Part shown: piece by piece, positions 11,112 through 23,874 of the stretch
Position numbering within the stretch: the stretch's first letter is position 1
Layout: the number at the start of each line of letters is the position of its first letter
Source of the DNA: Octopus sinensis
Taxonomy: Eukaryota
Assembly (NCBI RefSeq): GCF_006345805.1
Contig: NC_043005.1
Coordinates: forward strand, 106,020,001 to 106,084,000
Direction of reading: 5' to 3'
Length of the DNA: 64,000 nucleotides
The notes under the pieces: generated by a model
What the model saw: the letters and a program-made list of their open reading frames with translations, nothing else
Databases searched by the model: none
What the model was told of the DNA's origin: nothing
Position numbers and translations under genes: made by a program

Positions 11112-11611
11112 CAGTATTTCTCAACCATTTTTTACGGTGGCACGTAAAAAGCACCAACCGATCGTGGCCATTGTCAGCCTCTCCTGGCACCTGTGCTGGT
11201 GGCACATAAAAAGCACCCACTACACTCACGGAGTGGCTGGCGTTAGGAAGGGTATCCAGCTGTAGAAACACTGCCAGATCAAGATTAGAGCCTGGTGCAG
11301 CCTGGTGCAGCCTCCTGGCTTCCCAGACCCTGGTAGAACCATCCAACCCATGCTAGTATGGAAAACGGACGTTAAATGATGATGATGATGAATCTCTTTG
11401 ATTCTTATTTTATTCAAATGGACTCTCATAGCCATTCAGTGCTTCTAAAATCCTATTGTATTTTTATAATTAAATATTATCAGGAATTGTATAAAAAAAT
11501 TTTTTTAAATATTTCCTGTATTGCTAAAGCATAACCAATTTATTGCTGATAAATTTTAACAACAAAAAATATGGCCTACAAGGGCCATTTAGATCCAGTT
11601 GAGAACCATTG
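11112..11611. mobile_element. hAT (Charlie-like) MITE interrupted by a family C LINE end
   Basis: TIRs CAGTATTTCTCAACC / AGTTGAGAACCATTG; flanking 8-mers CAGTGATT and AAGTAATT (6/8 match, possible target-site duplication). Confidence 0.6.
11136..11390 (+). mobile_element. LINE-end family C with 2 internal repeat units
   Basis: GGTGGCACGTAAAAAGCACC twice; ends CATGCTAGTATGGAAAACGGACGTTAAAT(GAT)n. Confidence 0.85.
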
Positions 11612-11726
11612 AAGTAATTAAACAGCTGAATTCTTGTCATCAGGTGATGGAGATCCATCGCCAATTATTTTGTTGGAAGAATGACAAGTTGACCCATGCA
11701 AAATTTGAACTTACACTTCTTTTCAC

Positions 11727-12110
11727 TTTTTTACTTGCTTCAGTCATTTGACTGTGGCCATGATGGAGCACCACCTTTAGTCGAGCAAATCGACCCCGGG
11801 ACTTATTCTTTGTAAGTCTAGTACTTACTCCATCGGTCTCTTTTGCCGAACCGCTAAGTTACGTGGACTAAAACACACCAGCATCGGTTGACAAGCAATG
11901 TTGGGGGAACAAACAGAGACACACAAACACACATATATACATGTATACGACGGGCTTCTTTCAGTTTCCGTCTACCAAATCCACTCACAAGGCTTTGGTC
12001 GGCCCGAGGCTATAGTAGAAGACACTTGCCCAAAGTGCCATGCAGTGGGACTGAACCGAGAACCATGTGGTTGATAAGCAAGCTACTTACCACACAGCCA
12101 CTCCTGCGCC
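11727..12110 (-). mobile_element. SINE-A, full length
   Basis: Reverse complement of the 9072 consensus. Confidence 0.95.
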
Positions 12111-12349
12111 TATAAAATATTGTACAATATTTCTTCTTTTAGAATGGTATTTCCCTCCACCCCACCCTCTGGGACTATAATCTGCCACATTTTTCAATCA
12201 CCAATCAATTTAAAATAAACTTTATGAAAATTAAAATCTTACTTAACCAGGCAATCAAATCTAGGATGACCTGGAAAAGGTCAAAAACACTGTCCTTTCT
12301 CTCTCGCAAAGTCATTAGTAGTAGTAGTAGTAGTGGTAGTAGTATCAAG

Positions 12350-13688
12350 TCCACAGATCACCTTGGTGCACCAAAGGCAAATGCCCTCCCCTAGCCACTT
12401 ACAAGTCAGTCCTTTTTGGCCATGCCAATTTCGCCAATTTCCTGAGAATAGATAAGCCAGTAAATGGGGAGTTTAATCCACGTAACTAAATATAACAGCC
12501 TCATCCCCTACAATATGTTCAAAGTTCTAACTGCACCCCCACAAGAAAAAAGGGGCCATTTTATTAGTATAAATACATAACAAGCATTATTCCATAACTG
12601 TCTCCTTCTCTAAGTCTTCTGCAACTTTTACAATTTCTTTTGTCTGAAAACTGAATGCTAACCCAGCCTCATTTGTTCTCCTATCACCTGTAATGTTTCT
12701 GACGTGACACACCTTTACTAAAATACATTGTTTTTTAACAATCCTTACATCTAAGGACTGTTTGTTAAATGATTATGCAGTAAAAATGAAAGATATACAA
12801 GTATTAGGTGGTGTTGGTGGTGGTGAGTAGATGATGGTGGTGTTGGTGGCAATGGGAAGTAGTAGTAGTAGTAGTAGTACCAAATACACTCACAAGGCTT
12901 TGGTTGGCCTGAGGCTATTACCTTCTGCCAGAGCCACATGGAGCTTAGGTGTTTCGCTCATAAACACACACATTGCCCGGTCTGAGATTCGAACCCACGA
13001 TCCCTCGACTGTGAGTCCTCTGCTCTAACCACTAGTCCATGTGCCTCCACGGGTATCTTAAGTGGTTAACTATCACTCTTTTCAAACCACCACCAAAACC
13101 ATCACCACCTTCATCACCATCTCCTTCACATTGCCACCAACACCACCATCATCTACTGACCACCACCAACACCACCTGATACTTGTATATCGTTTATCGT
13201 TTATCGTTTACTTGTTTCAGTCATTTGACTGCGGCCATGCTGGGGCACCGCCTTTCATTTTTACTGCATAAACATTTAACAAACAGTCCTTAGATGTAAG
13301 GATTGTTAAAAAACAATGTATTTTAGTAAAGGTGTGTCATGTAAGAAACATTACAGGTGATAGGAGAACAAATGGGGCTGGGTTAGCATTCAGTTTTCAG
13401 ACAAAAGAAATTGTAAAAGTTGCAGAAGATTTAGAGAAGGAGACAGTTATGGAATAATGCCTGTTATGTATTTATACTAATAAAATGGCCCCTTTTTTCT
13501 TGTGGGGGTGCAGTTAGAACTTTGAACATATTGTAGGGGATGAGGCTGTTATATTAAGTGGACAAACTCCCCATTTACTGGCTTATCTATTCTCAGGAAA
13601 TTGGCGAAATTGGCATGGTCAAAAAGGACTGACTTGTAAGTGGCTAGGGGAGGGCATTTGCCTTTGGTGCACCAAGGTGATCTGTGGA
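12350..13688. repeat. Long inverted duplication: arms 12350-12859 and 13124-13688
   Basis: About 10 substitutions and one short indel by eye; the right arm carries a 60-bp SINE-A 3' fragment (13192-13251). Confidence 0.95.
12925..13050 (-). mobile_element. SINE-D head plus core (tRNA-derived)
   Basis: Minus strand: GTGGAGGCACATGGACTAGTGGTTAGAGCAG...GGGTTCGAATCTCAGACCGGGC. Confidence 0.8.
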
Positions 13689-14059
13689 GGGGGTGACCCA
13701 TATCCCCATATGAGGTTACTTCCTCTTTCCAATTTTGGAACTCCTTTCCTCTTCTCATTTTGTCCTTATCCATCATTATTGTTATTTATATATTCATGTG
13801 TTTTTATTGTTATTGTTGACCCCTTACTCCTTTGACTCCATGGCAATCTCCCCAACCCTGTTTCTGGTGTCTTGTTTTCTTTTGTGTTATGCTTTTGAAC
13901 TGTCCCCACCGTCTTGGACCCTTGTGGCCAATAAAAAATTCATTATCATCATCGTCAATATTATTATTATTGTAGTTGTTGTTGTTGTTATTGTTCATTA
14001 TTCTTTTCTAACTTTTATCAATTTTTGTCAATATTATTTTTTGTCATTATTATTTTCTG

Positions 14060-14275
14060 GTTGAGCAATGGCAGAAATGGTTAAATGTCAAATTAATGCC
14101 TCCTGGTATTTAGTTTTGTCCATTTTACATTCTCAATATGAATCCCACAAGATTTATATCTGTCCTTTCATCTCTTCACAGTCAATAAAATAAGCACCAG
14201 TTATATATTGAGGTCAATTTAATTGATGGCACACCTCGTCCTTACAAATGAATAGCTTCCTTATATATTTATAAA
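14060..14275 (+). mobile_element. SINE-B, diverged
   Basis: TGGCAGAAATGGTTA...CCTTTCATCTCTTCACAGTCAATAAAATAAGCACCAG...GAGGTCAATTTAATTGA. Confidence 0.55.
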
Positions 14276-14497
14276 TCATCATCATCATCATCATCATTGT
14301 CATTGTTGTTTTCATCATCACCATCATCGTCATCGCTATCATCATCATCATTATTGTTATTGTCATCATCATTGCTGTTGTTGTCGTCGTCGTCATCACC
14401 ATCATCATCATCACCATCAACATCATCAACATCATCATCATCACCATCATCACCATCACCATCATCATCACCATCACCATCATCATCATCATCATCC

Positions 14498-14536
<39 letters not shown>

Positions 14537-14610
14537 AGATCATCATCATCATCAACATCACCATCACCATCACCATCACCATCATCATCATCATCATCAT
14601 CATCAACACT

Positions 14611-14659
<49 letters not shown>

Positions 14660-14750
14660 CCATCACCACCATCATCATCATCATCATCATCATCAATGTC
14701 ATCATCATCATCATCGTCGCCATCGCCGCCATGATTGTTGCCATCATCAT
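14276..14750. repeat. (CAT)n/(CAC)n microsatellite
   Basis: Direct inspection. Confidence 0.95.
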
Positions 14751-16184
14751 CATGGCAATCCTTCTTATCTATATAATATTGAATCATTTTTCTTCTTCCT
14801 GAATTATTCTCTTTCTTCCTGTTGTTTTTATTATTATAAGAAATCCTTATTAAGTAAAAAACAATAAATCATCATTATTATTATTATTATTATTATTGTT
14901 ATTTTTATTATATTACTATTATTAGTAATATAATTCATATTATTGTTATAATTTTTATCATTATCCTAATTCTTCTTATACTTATTGTCTTTGCTATTAA
15001 TTTTTCCCCTTTTTCTTCCATATATAAATGTGTGTGTGTGTGTGGTGTGTGTGTGTGTGAGTGTGTGTGTGTGCATGTGTGTGTGTGTGTATGTGTGTAT
15101 ACATCTATTTCTCTTTCAAGTGACCAGCTTTCATGATAGGTGGCAAGTGTCCTACTAAAGTACATGCTAAGGCATTGAGGTCAGTGGGTCAGCAAATTAG
15201 CGCAAATCTATGATAGGTGGTGCAGTGTGCACTGGAGTAGAAACTACGACTGTGGCTGGCCGATCATCAATGAAGTGTGTCAGTGCAAGTCACTGGACAG
15301 AGAAAACAGTGATGTTTAATCAATGCTTATATCCCTCGTGTATTGAAGGACACGTCGATTGATTGCTACACACCCACACACACGCACACACACACACATA
15401 TACGCACTCATATATACATGCATATACATATTTGCTCTCAATGACACACAGCCGTATACTTACATACACTAACGTACACATACTAATATTGTTACACACA
15501 TGTATGTATGTAGGCAAAAATTAACCCTCAAACTCAAGTACACACACACACACAAGCAAACACACACAGACACATAAGCACACACACACACACACAAGCA
15601 CACACACACACACACAAGCACACACACACATACACACACATTTATATATTTGTGTACGTTCACATATTGATAAATACACTAGAATACTCAGGTTTATACA
15701 TAATGAATATATATATATATATATATATGGATATCTATCTATCTACTTACCTATCTATCTATCTATCTATCTATATATATATATATACATACATACATAT
15801 ATATATGCACATTATATATATATATATATGTTATGCTCATTAGCACACCTGCACACATATAACATACACTCACTCACACACACACATCCATTAATTCATT
15901 CATAAATACATATACAAGTACATGCACACATACAATTGTTATACAAATTACATGTGCTTTAATACATGTATTCACAGACTTATACACGCTATTTTCCTCC
16001 CACGTATACATCCATATTCATTAAATATACATATACACACACACACACACACACATACACAAACATGCACACAAACACTCATAGATACTCTCGTGTGTGT
16101 ATGTGTGTGTGTGTGTGATGGTATACTGAAAGAGTGAGAGGAAGAGAGAAAGAGGGAGAAAGAGAAAAGAGTGGGAGACAGAGA

Positions 16185-16222
<38 letters not shown>

Positions 16223-16407
16223 TCTGCATATAGTTATGTGAGATAGTGTAATTAATTCAACCCAAACATGTTACTGGTACCTAACGTAGTGATGACATGG
16301 GGTGGGCAAAAAAAGAAGATTCTGAAACCTACAATGACATCAATTGCAAGATAATTTCGTTAATAATTAATATTTCATATCTTAACTTGGTATTGAATAA
16401 AGAGTAT

Positions 16408-16660
16408 CTGGACAGGCTGGAAACAAATGAGATATGCTTGCTCTACTGGATATGTAATGCTTAAGTGCAACAATGATTAAAAAAAAATCTAGGTATGGGC
16501 AATATCAGATGTAATGAGCAAGACATGTAATTGAGCTGGTATGGGCTTGTGTTTGGAGGACGATGTGGTTTGAGTGCAAACAGATAGAACTTGAGGAATA
16601 ATATGCTGAAGAAAGACATGAGAAGAAGGAAGAAGGGTAAACCTTTCCAAAAGGTGCCAC
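16408..16660 (+). mobile_element. RTE-clade LINE reverse transcriptase C-terminal relic
   Basis: In-frame translation with stops: RLETNEICLLYWICNA*VQQ*LKKNLGMGNIRCNEQDM*LSWYGLV, resembling the RTE RLE..E..ML.W.C....I...LRWYGHV region (recognised from memory). Confidence 0.65.
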
Positions 16661-16673
16661 GATATATATATAT

Positions 16674-16968
16674 ATCACGTGATCACGTGACCGACCAGAC
16701 CATCAGATGTTGTTACACATCGCTGGTCACAATGCGTTCGCATTGTTTTAGCCTTTGAATGACGCCACCCCGCTGGCTAAGTGAGCAGGCCAACAGAAGA
16801 AAGAGTGGGAGAAAGAGTACAGCAGGGATCACCACCCCCTGCCAGAGCCTCGTGGAGCTTTTAGGTGTTTTCGCTCAATAAACACACACAACGCCCGGTC
16901 TGGGAATCGAAACCGCGATCCTGCGACCGCGAGTCCGCTGCCCTAACCACTAGGCCATTGCATCTCCA
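16674..16968 (-). mobile_element. SINE-D, full length, (CACGTGAT)n tail
   Basis: Head TGGCCTAGTGGTTAGGGCAGCGGACTCGCGG...GGTTTCGATTCCCAGACCGGGC (tRNA-Arg-like); inserted in (TA)n. Confidence 0.9.
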
Positions 16969-17032
16969 TATATATATATCTGGAAAATTAAAATGACAAA
17001 CAAATAAGGAATAATATCACGAACTTCATTAG

Positions 17033-17085
17033 CTTACTGCTGTTTCTTCTATAGGATGCAATGCACCCTATGGCTTCATCAGAGT
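17033..17085 (-). ncRNA. Hammerhead-like motif, degenerate, in a probable Penelope-like remnant
   Basis: Minus strand: CUGAUGA A [hairpin CAUAGGGUGC-AUU-GCAUCCUAUAG] GAA ACAGCAGU A; base of stem II broken. Confidence 0.5.
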
Positions 17086-17973
17086 ATCAAACATGAAGCT
17101 CATTTTAATATTCATTTGTAAGTATATATATGTCCCCTACCTTGGGTCTTCCTCTTCCATAAGTCCCACCCACTTTAAGTGATCAGCCGACTGTTAACAT
17201 GTCTTGTGTCCATCTCCCATGTTCCTACCTTTAGGCTTTCACTCCATTCATGCCAGCTCAATTTGAATCACTCTCAGCTGAAAGATGCCTGTTGTTATTT
17301 CTTGTTGTATGTATTCGTAATTCTGTACCATGTTCTCTGTTTTCTTTTGTTTTTTCTTTGTTGTCGCATACATTCGCTAGCTTTCTTACAAAGGGGTCTA
17401 ATGCTCTTAGCTTAGACCTTTTGGGGGACAACCAGATTCAACCATCTCAAGTATAACTGTCCGAAATGGTCATGACTTCTGGTACTTGACTGAAGAAAGA
17501 AAGCCAAGAACAACCTATCTTTTTTGTCTGTCCTTCTAATTGTTGTTTCTCTTGTCCGCCTTTGTGTCGTCTATCTGTCCGAATGTTTTAATGCCCTATA
17601 TTGCATTTTTGTTCCATTTATACATATATATATATACACCAAAGCATTATTACTGTTAAACAGTAATAATAAAGTGGTTAGCAAGACTTCTACCTTAATA
17701 GGTGTAATATGAAATATTTGAATAAAAGAAGGGTAAAGATACTGCTTGCCAAAGATGAAAGCAAAAGAGTCAAAAACCACCAATACTATGATAGATACAT
17801 ACACAAGTAATGCAATGAATATTTTAAAAAATAGTCCTACCTTCAGGATGGAATTTGAAGGTAGTTTACATACCCCAATATCAATTGATTACGTAATTAA
17901 TATTTTAGAACTACATGTTACTATCTCCAAGTAAACAAAGCGTGTTTTCTCATGCACAGCATGAAATCAATTG

Positions 17974-18036
<63 letters not shown>

Positions 18037-18066
18037 ATGTAGGTGCAGAGTCTCATTTGCTCAACT

Positions 18067-18177
18067 GCTAAGTTACAAGGACATAAACACACCAACATTG
18101 GTTGTCAAGCGATGGTGGTGGGGACAAACACAGACACACACATATAGACATATATATATATATAAATATATATGTAT

Positions 18178-18229
<52 letters not shown>

Positions 18230-18390
18230 GATGGCTTCTTTCAGTTTCCGTCTACCAAATCCACTCACAAGGCTTTGGTCAGCCTGAGTCTATAGTAGAA
18301 GACACTTGCCCAAGGGGCCACGCAGTAGGACTGAACCTGGAACCATGTAGTTGGTAAGCAAGCTACTTACCACACAGCCACTCCTATGCC
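18067..18390 (-). mobile_element. SINE-A lacking its 3' end
   Basis: Head, core, microsatellite and the start of the second half. Confidence 0.9.
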
Positions 18391-19258
18391 AACGTGCTAT
18401 TTATATATACACATACATGTATTTGTGTATATATATATATACACACACACTCATATATATATATATATCAACACAGAAACACACATATTTGCATGCATAT
18501 ACACATACATACATACTTAACATATATACATAAATAAATTACAATAGAAAGATTGTATGTGTTTGTGCATGTTTGTGTGTGTATGTGTGTTTGTGGGGAC
18601 AAACACAGATGCACACACTCACACTCATACACACACACACACACCAACACGCATACATACACAAATTCACACTGCTGCACATGTAACTGATGCCTGTACG
18701 TTCGTACACACAAAAACACACCCAAGTGAATATTTTATTAGGATATGATGAAGAAGCAGCGACACGTTCATCAAAAGAGGAAATAGGCAGAAAATCCTTA
18801 TTATGTCAAGAGTACCATGGAGACTTTGGACTGACATAAAAAGGTATTTAGGTTGTTGATGATACAGCAGGATATACATTTGTATGTGACTCTATATACA
18901 TATGTGGGTGTGTGTACACATGTGGGCGTATGTGTGATCTTATATATATATATATACATATATATACACACACATACACTTCTTTTAGGCTTTTATAGTA
19001 AAGTGATAATAAGATTAACTAGAATGTTCAGAGGTGTTTTACTGATATGGTCTTATATGCATTTGTGAGGAATATGTATGTAGTTTTGGCATTAAATTTG
19101 TGTGTGTGAGTGTCTGTGTATGTGTGTGTGTGTGTGTGTGTGAGCGTGTGTGTAAGTGTGCGTAGATGTATCGAGTTGATAGAATTTCTATATTGTATAT
19201 ATGCATACATACATATATATATGTAAAGATACACACACACATACACACACACATGCAC

Positions 19259-19365
<107 letters not shown>

Positions 19366-19384
19366 AAGCAAGAGAGATTACTTG

Positions 19385-19401
19385 AAAGATAGATAGATAG
19401 A

Positions 19402-19466
<65 letters not shown>

Positions 19467-19476
19467 AAGATAGATA
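19385..19476. repeat. (AGAT)n tetranucleotide repeat
   Basis: Direct inspection. Confidence 0.95.
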
Positions 19477-19636
19477 GGTATTGGAATGTGTGTGTATGTA
19501 TATATATATATAGAAAGTGGATACCATTTATATATTCCCCCATCTCTCTATTATGTTGGTATGTTTCTATGCAGAATGTGTTAGAGGTTTATATACATGC
19601 ACATTTATATGTACATGTATGTATGTATGAACGTAC

Positions 19637-19667
<31 letters not shown>

Positions 19668-20118
19668 TGTATGTATGTATATATGTATAGTTCTCTTTTT
19701 TTAATTATGCAAATTCCTCCGCTGAAGAAGGAACTGGTTTCTAACAAAGACACATATTACTCTATCACTGAACAATGTCATATTTTAACTTGAGAAATGT
19801 CTTGCAGACTTTTGCTGTTCCACTTACATATTGTATTCATAATGTGCAATTTAGTCGTTTGATTTCTTTATCTAGAAATCCGAGCTTATCCTCCATCCAC
19901 AGCCACCTTTCACTCCCCTATCACGCTGCCGTGAACCTATCCACCCACACATAGCCACTCTCAGTATTCTCTCATATACCCACCTTCTATTTTGAGAGTA
20001 TGTACCAACACCTCATCACGACCATTTCTACCTTCTTTCCACTTTCTCCCACCCGTTCTGTCATATAATGTGGGGTAGACATATATCTCTTCTATAGCAG
20101 CAGTGCACTCTGAAAAAA

Positions 20119-20277
20119 ATCAACAGTACACTCTGTGAATTGGTTCACTTTAGGAAGGACATCCAGCCAAAGAAACTATATCAAAGCTGACACTGGAGTT
20201 CAAATTAGTTCGCCATCTTGGTGGATGCTGTCAAACAGTCCAGCCCTGCCAGCATGGAAGAGAGAAGTTAAAGTGAT
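20119..20277 (+). mobile_element. LINE-end family C, diverged, running into (GAT)n
   Basis: TTAGGAAGGACATCCAGCC...CCCTGCCAGCATGGAAG...GTTAAAGTGATGAT. Confidence 0.55.
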
Positions 20278-20333
20278 GATGATGGTGATGGTGGTGATGA
20301 TGATCGTGATGATGATGATGATGAATGATGATG

Positions 20334-20365
<32 letters not shown>

Positions 20366-20626
20366 GATGGTGTTGGTGATGATGGTGATGATGATGATGA
20401 TGGTGGTGTGGTGGTGGTGATGATGATGATGATGATGATGATGATGGTGATGATGATGGTGACGATGGTGATGGTGATGATGGTGATGATGATGATGATG
20501 ATGGTGATGGTGATGATGATGATGGTGATGGCGATGGTGATGATGGTGATGATGATGATGATGATGGTAGTGATGATGATGATGATGATGATGATGGTGA
20601 TGGTGATGATGATGATGATGATGATC
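20277..20626. repeat. (GAT)n/(GGT)n microsatellite
   Basis: Direct inspection. Confidence 0.95.
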
Positions 20627-20644
20627 CATACACACACACACACA

Positions 20645-20807
20645 TGATGGGCTTCTTTCAGTTTCTGCCTATCAGATTTACTCGCAAGGTTTTGGTTGGC
20701 TTGCAGCTATTGTAGAAGACACTTGCTTGTGGTTCCACGCAGAGGAACTGAACCTGTGAACATGTGCTTGGGAAGCGAATTCTATAACAACACAGCCATG
20801 TCTGTGC
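20645..20807 (-). mobile_element. SINE-A first half, diverged
   Basis: GGGCTTCTTTCAGTTTC...GAAGACACTTG...ACACAGCCA. Confidence 0.75.
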
Positions 20808-20882
20808 TAATATATTTACAAGCAAACACACACACAGCACAAGAAACATATCCAAGCAACTCACCCGTAGATACATGCACGT

Positions 20883-21125
20883 AAGTGTTGGCATTTGGAA
20901 GAGCATCCAGGTGCAAAGACCATGCCAAAACAGACATCACTGGTGCTGGTGCCATGTAAAAAGCACTCAGTCAACTCTGTAAGCTGGTTGGTGTTGGGAA
21001 GGGCATCCAACCATAAACTCTGTGCCAAACAGACAGAGAAGCCTGGTGTGGTCTTCAGCCAAGCCAAGCTCCTGTCAAACTGTTCAACCCATGCCAGCAT
21101 GGTAAAATGGATGTTAAATGATGAT
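20883..21125 (+). mobile_element. LINE-end family C, diverged
   Basis: GGTGCCATGTAAAAAGCAC...GGAAGGGCATCCA...CATGCCAGCATGG...GTTAAATGATGAT. Confidence 0.7.
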
Positions 21126-21586
21126 AGAGAAGATGATGAACCAGGCCCTGGCAATAATAGCAAGCAGGTGTGCATATCGTTTATATCATTAGTTAACGTG
21201 ATGGCAGGGGTGGTAGGTTTTGGAGGGAAGTAAGAAGAGGATGGAAAGTTCTAGAACAGAACATTGCAAGTGTTTTATTGAGACTGAAAAATGTTCATGA
21301 TCCGTAACCTTGAATTTCATGTTACCAATCACCAGACGCAAGTGAACATCTGAGGTCAATACAAAATCAATGAAATTTATTGGATAATTTGATTGACTGT
21401 TTGACAGAAATAATATAAATGCTAATAATGTAAAATAAAATTGAATAAATGAAACTTCCTGCATTTAGGAAGAAAGTTTTTTACAATATCTGCTGCCGAG
21501 GAAAAATCCTTGGTAAGAACCATTTTAGAATTTAAGAAACACAGACACAATAAATCAACTATAGAATTAAAATTAAAAACAAAAGC

Positions 21587-21716
21587 ATATTCTGTTGTGT
21601 CTGGGGAGAGTCATTTTCTTTTTGTGCCTTATAATGTAACACACTCACTGGTAAAATTTCCACTTACATTATAAGGCACAAAAAGAAAATGACTCTCCCC
21701 AGACACAACAGAATAT
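21587..21716. repeat. Perfect 53-bp inverted repeat with a 24-bp spacer
   Basis: Arms 21587-21639 and 21664-21716 are exact reverse complements. Confidence 0.95.
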
Positions 21717-22451
21717 ACTTCAACACACAAACTCATATAAAGAATCTTACAAACCAAATCCAAAAACAAAATACAAAAGTATGCAAATATATCGATAAAA
21801 ACAAATTTACTCCGGGGGAAAAATGAATGAACGGAAGTCTAAATAAGACAAAGAGGTGGTCAAGAAATATAAAAGAGAGAAGGGTTTGTTAAAGAAAGTA
21901 TGAAACTTTGAAACAAGGTGTAAACACAATGATAATAAACACTGATACATAACTTCAGTTTGGAAAAATATAGCTACAGGGACATATACACAGGTGAGGA
22001 AGAACAGGTGAATGCGAGTAAAGATTATATATTGACTAGAGAGAGCCGTAGTGTGTTGGGTGAAGGGTAAAACAATTGTTGTGTAGTTTTGTTAGGTGTC
22101 ATAAAAACAAAATGAACACACAGATACAAAAAAGCTGATTAAAATTAATGGACAAAATTTAGTCTGAAATGTTGGGAAAGGTACATGAAAATGTATAGAA
22201 ATAAAGAATTCAAAATTTATAAAAAATGAAAAAAGATTAATCATCTTTTGTAAAAGTCATATGCATAATTTATATCGTGGTTGATGAAAAGCCATGTAAA
22301 AAACTATGTAAAAGTTATCTAAAGACTGTAGATGGATCAAATATGATAGCTAAAAGAAAGAGATGAAAGAGAGAGTGCAAGAGACCTTCCAGCATATTCT
22401 AAATTGTAATGATAACAATAACCATTGGTGATAAAGAGAAAGCTATATGTA

Positions 22452-23575
22452 TGAGGTGTATTCCAGATGTTTTGAGTGTCGTTTAGAAGAGGCAGTTATA
22501 GCTGTCTTACATTATTGTAATTTTAGCATATCATTACAATATATATATAAAGCTGATCTGCCAACTTTTGTTATTCCAGATTAAAGGAGATGTCAGCCCT
22601 GCACTTTGAACACACCCTGATAAATACTACTTGTCACGGCTGACTGATTTGCGGAATGCAGCTGGGACATGAAGAGAATTTGAAAGCTTGCTATGCCATA
22701 AAGTCTTGGATTAAACAGGGAAAAATGCTGCAGAAACCTATGTAATGTCCTAAACTGCTTATGGATTAAATTACATCTGGTTTTTGGCTAGCACAAAATT
22801 TTTTTTTTTTCATTTATGCACCCTTTTTCAAGCATAGCTAGGCTCGTGGGCCCAGTTTCCTGATTTCTGTGGCATATGTGTTCCCCCCAGCTGAACGGGA
22901 TGCCAGTCCATCACAGCATTACTCAAGAAACAGGAAGAAAGAGTGAGAGAAAGTTGGGGCGAAAGAATACAACAGGGGTCACCACCTTCCCTTGCTGGAG
23001 CCTCGTGGAGCTTTAGGTGTTTTCGCTCAATAAACACACACAACACCCGGTCTGGGAATTGAACCCCAATCCTCTGACAGTGAGTCCGCTGCCCTAACCA
23101 CTGGGCCATTGCACCTCCACAAAAAGTAGGAAAAGTAAATCCATTAGGAAGATCATGATAATCCCCTTTGTCGACAGTAAGGGGATCATCTACATGTGCT
23201 GGTTTCCCTCTGGCCTGGCAGTCAATAAAGAATATTTTGTGGAGGTTTGGAAATAGTTGAGGAAGAGATTTTATTGCAAAAGGCCAGAACCTCTACACCA
23301 GGACAATGCAGCACCAGTCCACCATTCTATCCTGATAACCAACTACTTGAGAGAGGTGGGCATCAAAACTGTCCCTCGTTTTCCCTTCTGTTCATACCTT
23401 TCTCCCTGTGACTTTTGGTTGTTCTGGAAGCTGAAGAAGGGAGTGAAGGAGGCTGTGACAATGGTTCTGTACACTTTCACTTTGGCTGATTTCTATGGAA
23501 TTATCCTGAAGGAGCTGGATTGCTACAACATAGGCATTGCAGTCAGAGGATCCTGTCTCAAAGGAGATTAGGGTT
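22452..23575 (+). mobile_element. Mariner relic, internally deleted, with a SINE inserted
   Basis: TA|TGAGGTGTATTCC TIR; N-terminus LKACYAIK...GKNAAETY; C-terminus KIMIIPFVDSKGII...HQDNAAPVHHSILITNYL...IKTVPRFPFCSYLSPCDFWLFWKLK. Confidence 0.9.
22811..23120 (-). mobile_element. SINE-D head and core with an alternative tail
   Basis: Same head and core as 16674, but tail GTAATGCTGTGATGGACTGGCATCCCGTTCAGC...GGGCCCACGAGCCTAG. Confidence 0.85.
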
Positions 23576-23647
23576 TCATCCAACCGATATGATCTTGGGA
23601 AAGTGGACATAAAAACAATGATGAGGATGATGATGATGATGATATGT

Positions 23648-23874
23648 GTGAACTGGCAGACATGTTAGCGCGTCAGGCGAAATGCTTAGCGGTATTTCGT
23701 CTGTCGTTAAGTTCTGAGTTCAAATTCCGCCGAGGTCAACTTTGCCTTTCATCCTTTCGGAGTCGATAAATAAAGTACCAGTTTCGCACTGGGGACGATA
23801 TAATCGACTCAATCCCTTCGTCTGTCCTTGTTTGTCCCCTCTATGTTTAGCCCCTTCTGGGCAGTAAAGAAATA
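23648..23874 (+). mobile_element. SINE-B
   Basis: CTGGCAGA...TTCTGAGTTCAAATTCCGCCGAGGTC...GCCTTTCATCCTTTCGG...AGTAAAGAAATA. Confidence 0.9.

Noticed and set aside
13330-13470. Weak APE-endonuclease-like patch (YR..ENKWGWV) within the inverted duplication
   Set aside because: Too short and interrupted by stops to support
17505-17535. CTGAAGAAAGAAAGCCAAGAAC, a possible second hammerhead
   Set aside because: No pairing stem II and no GAAA
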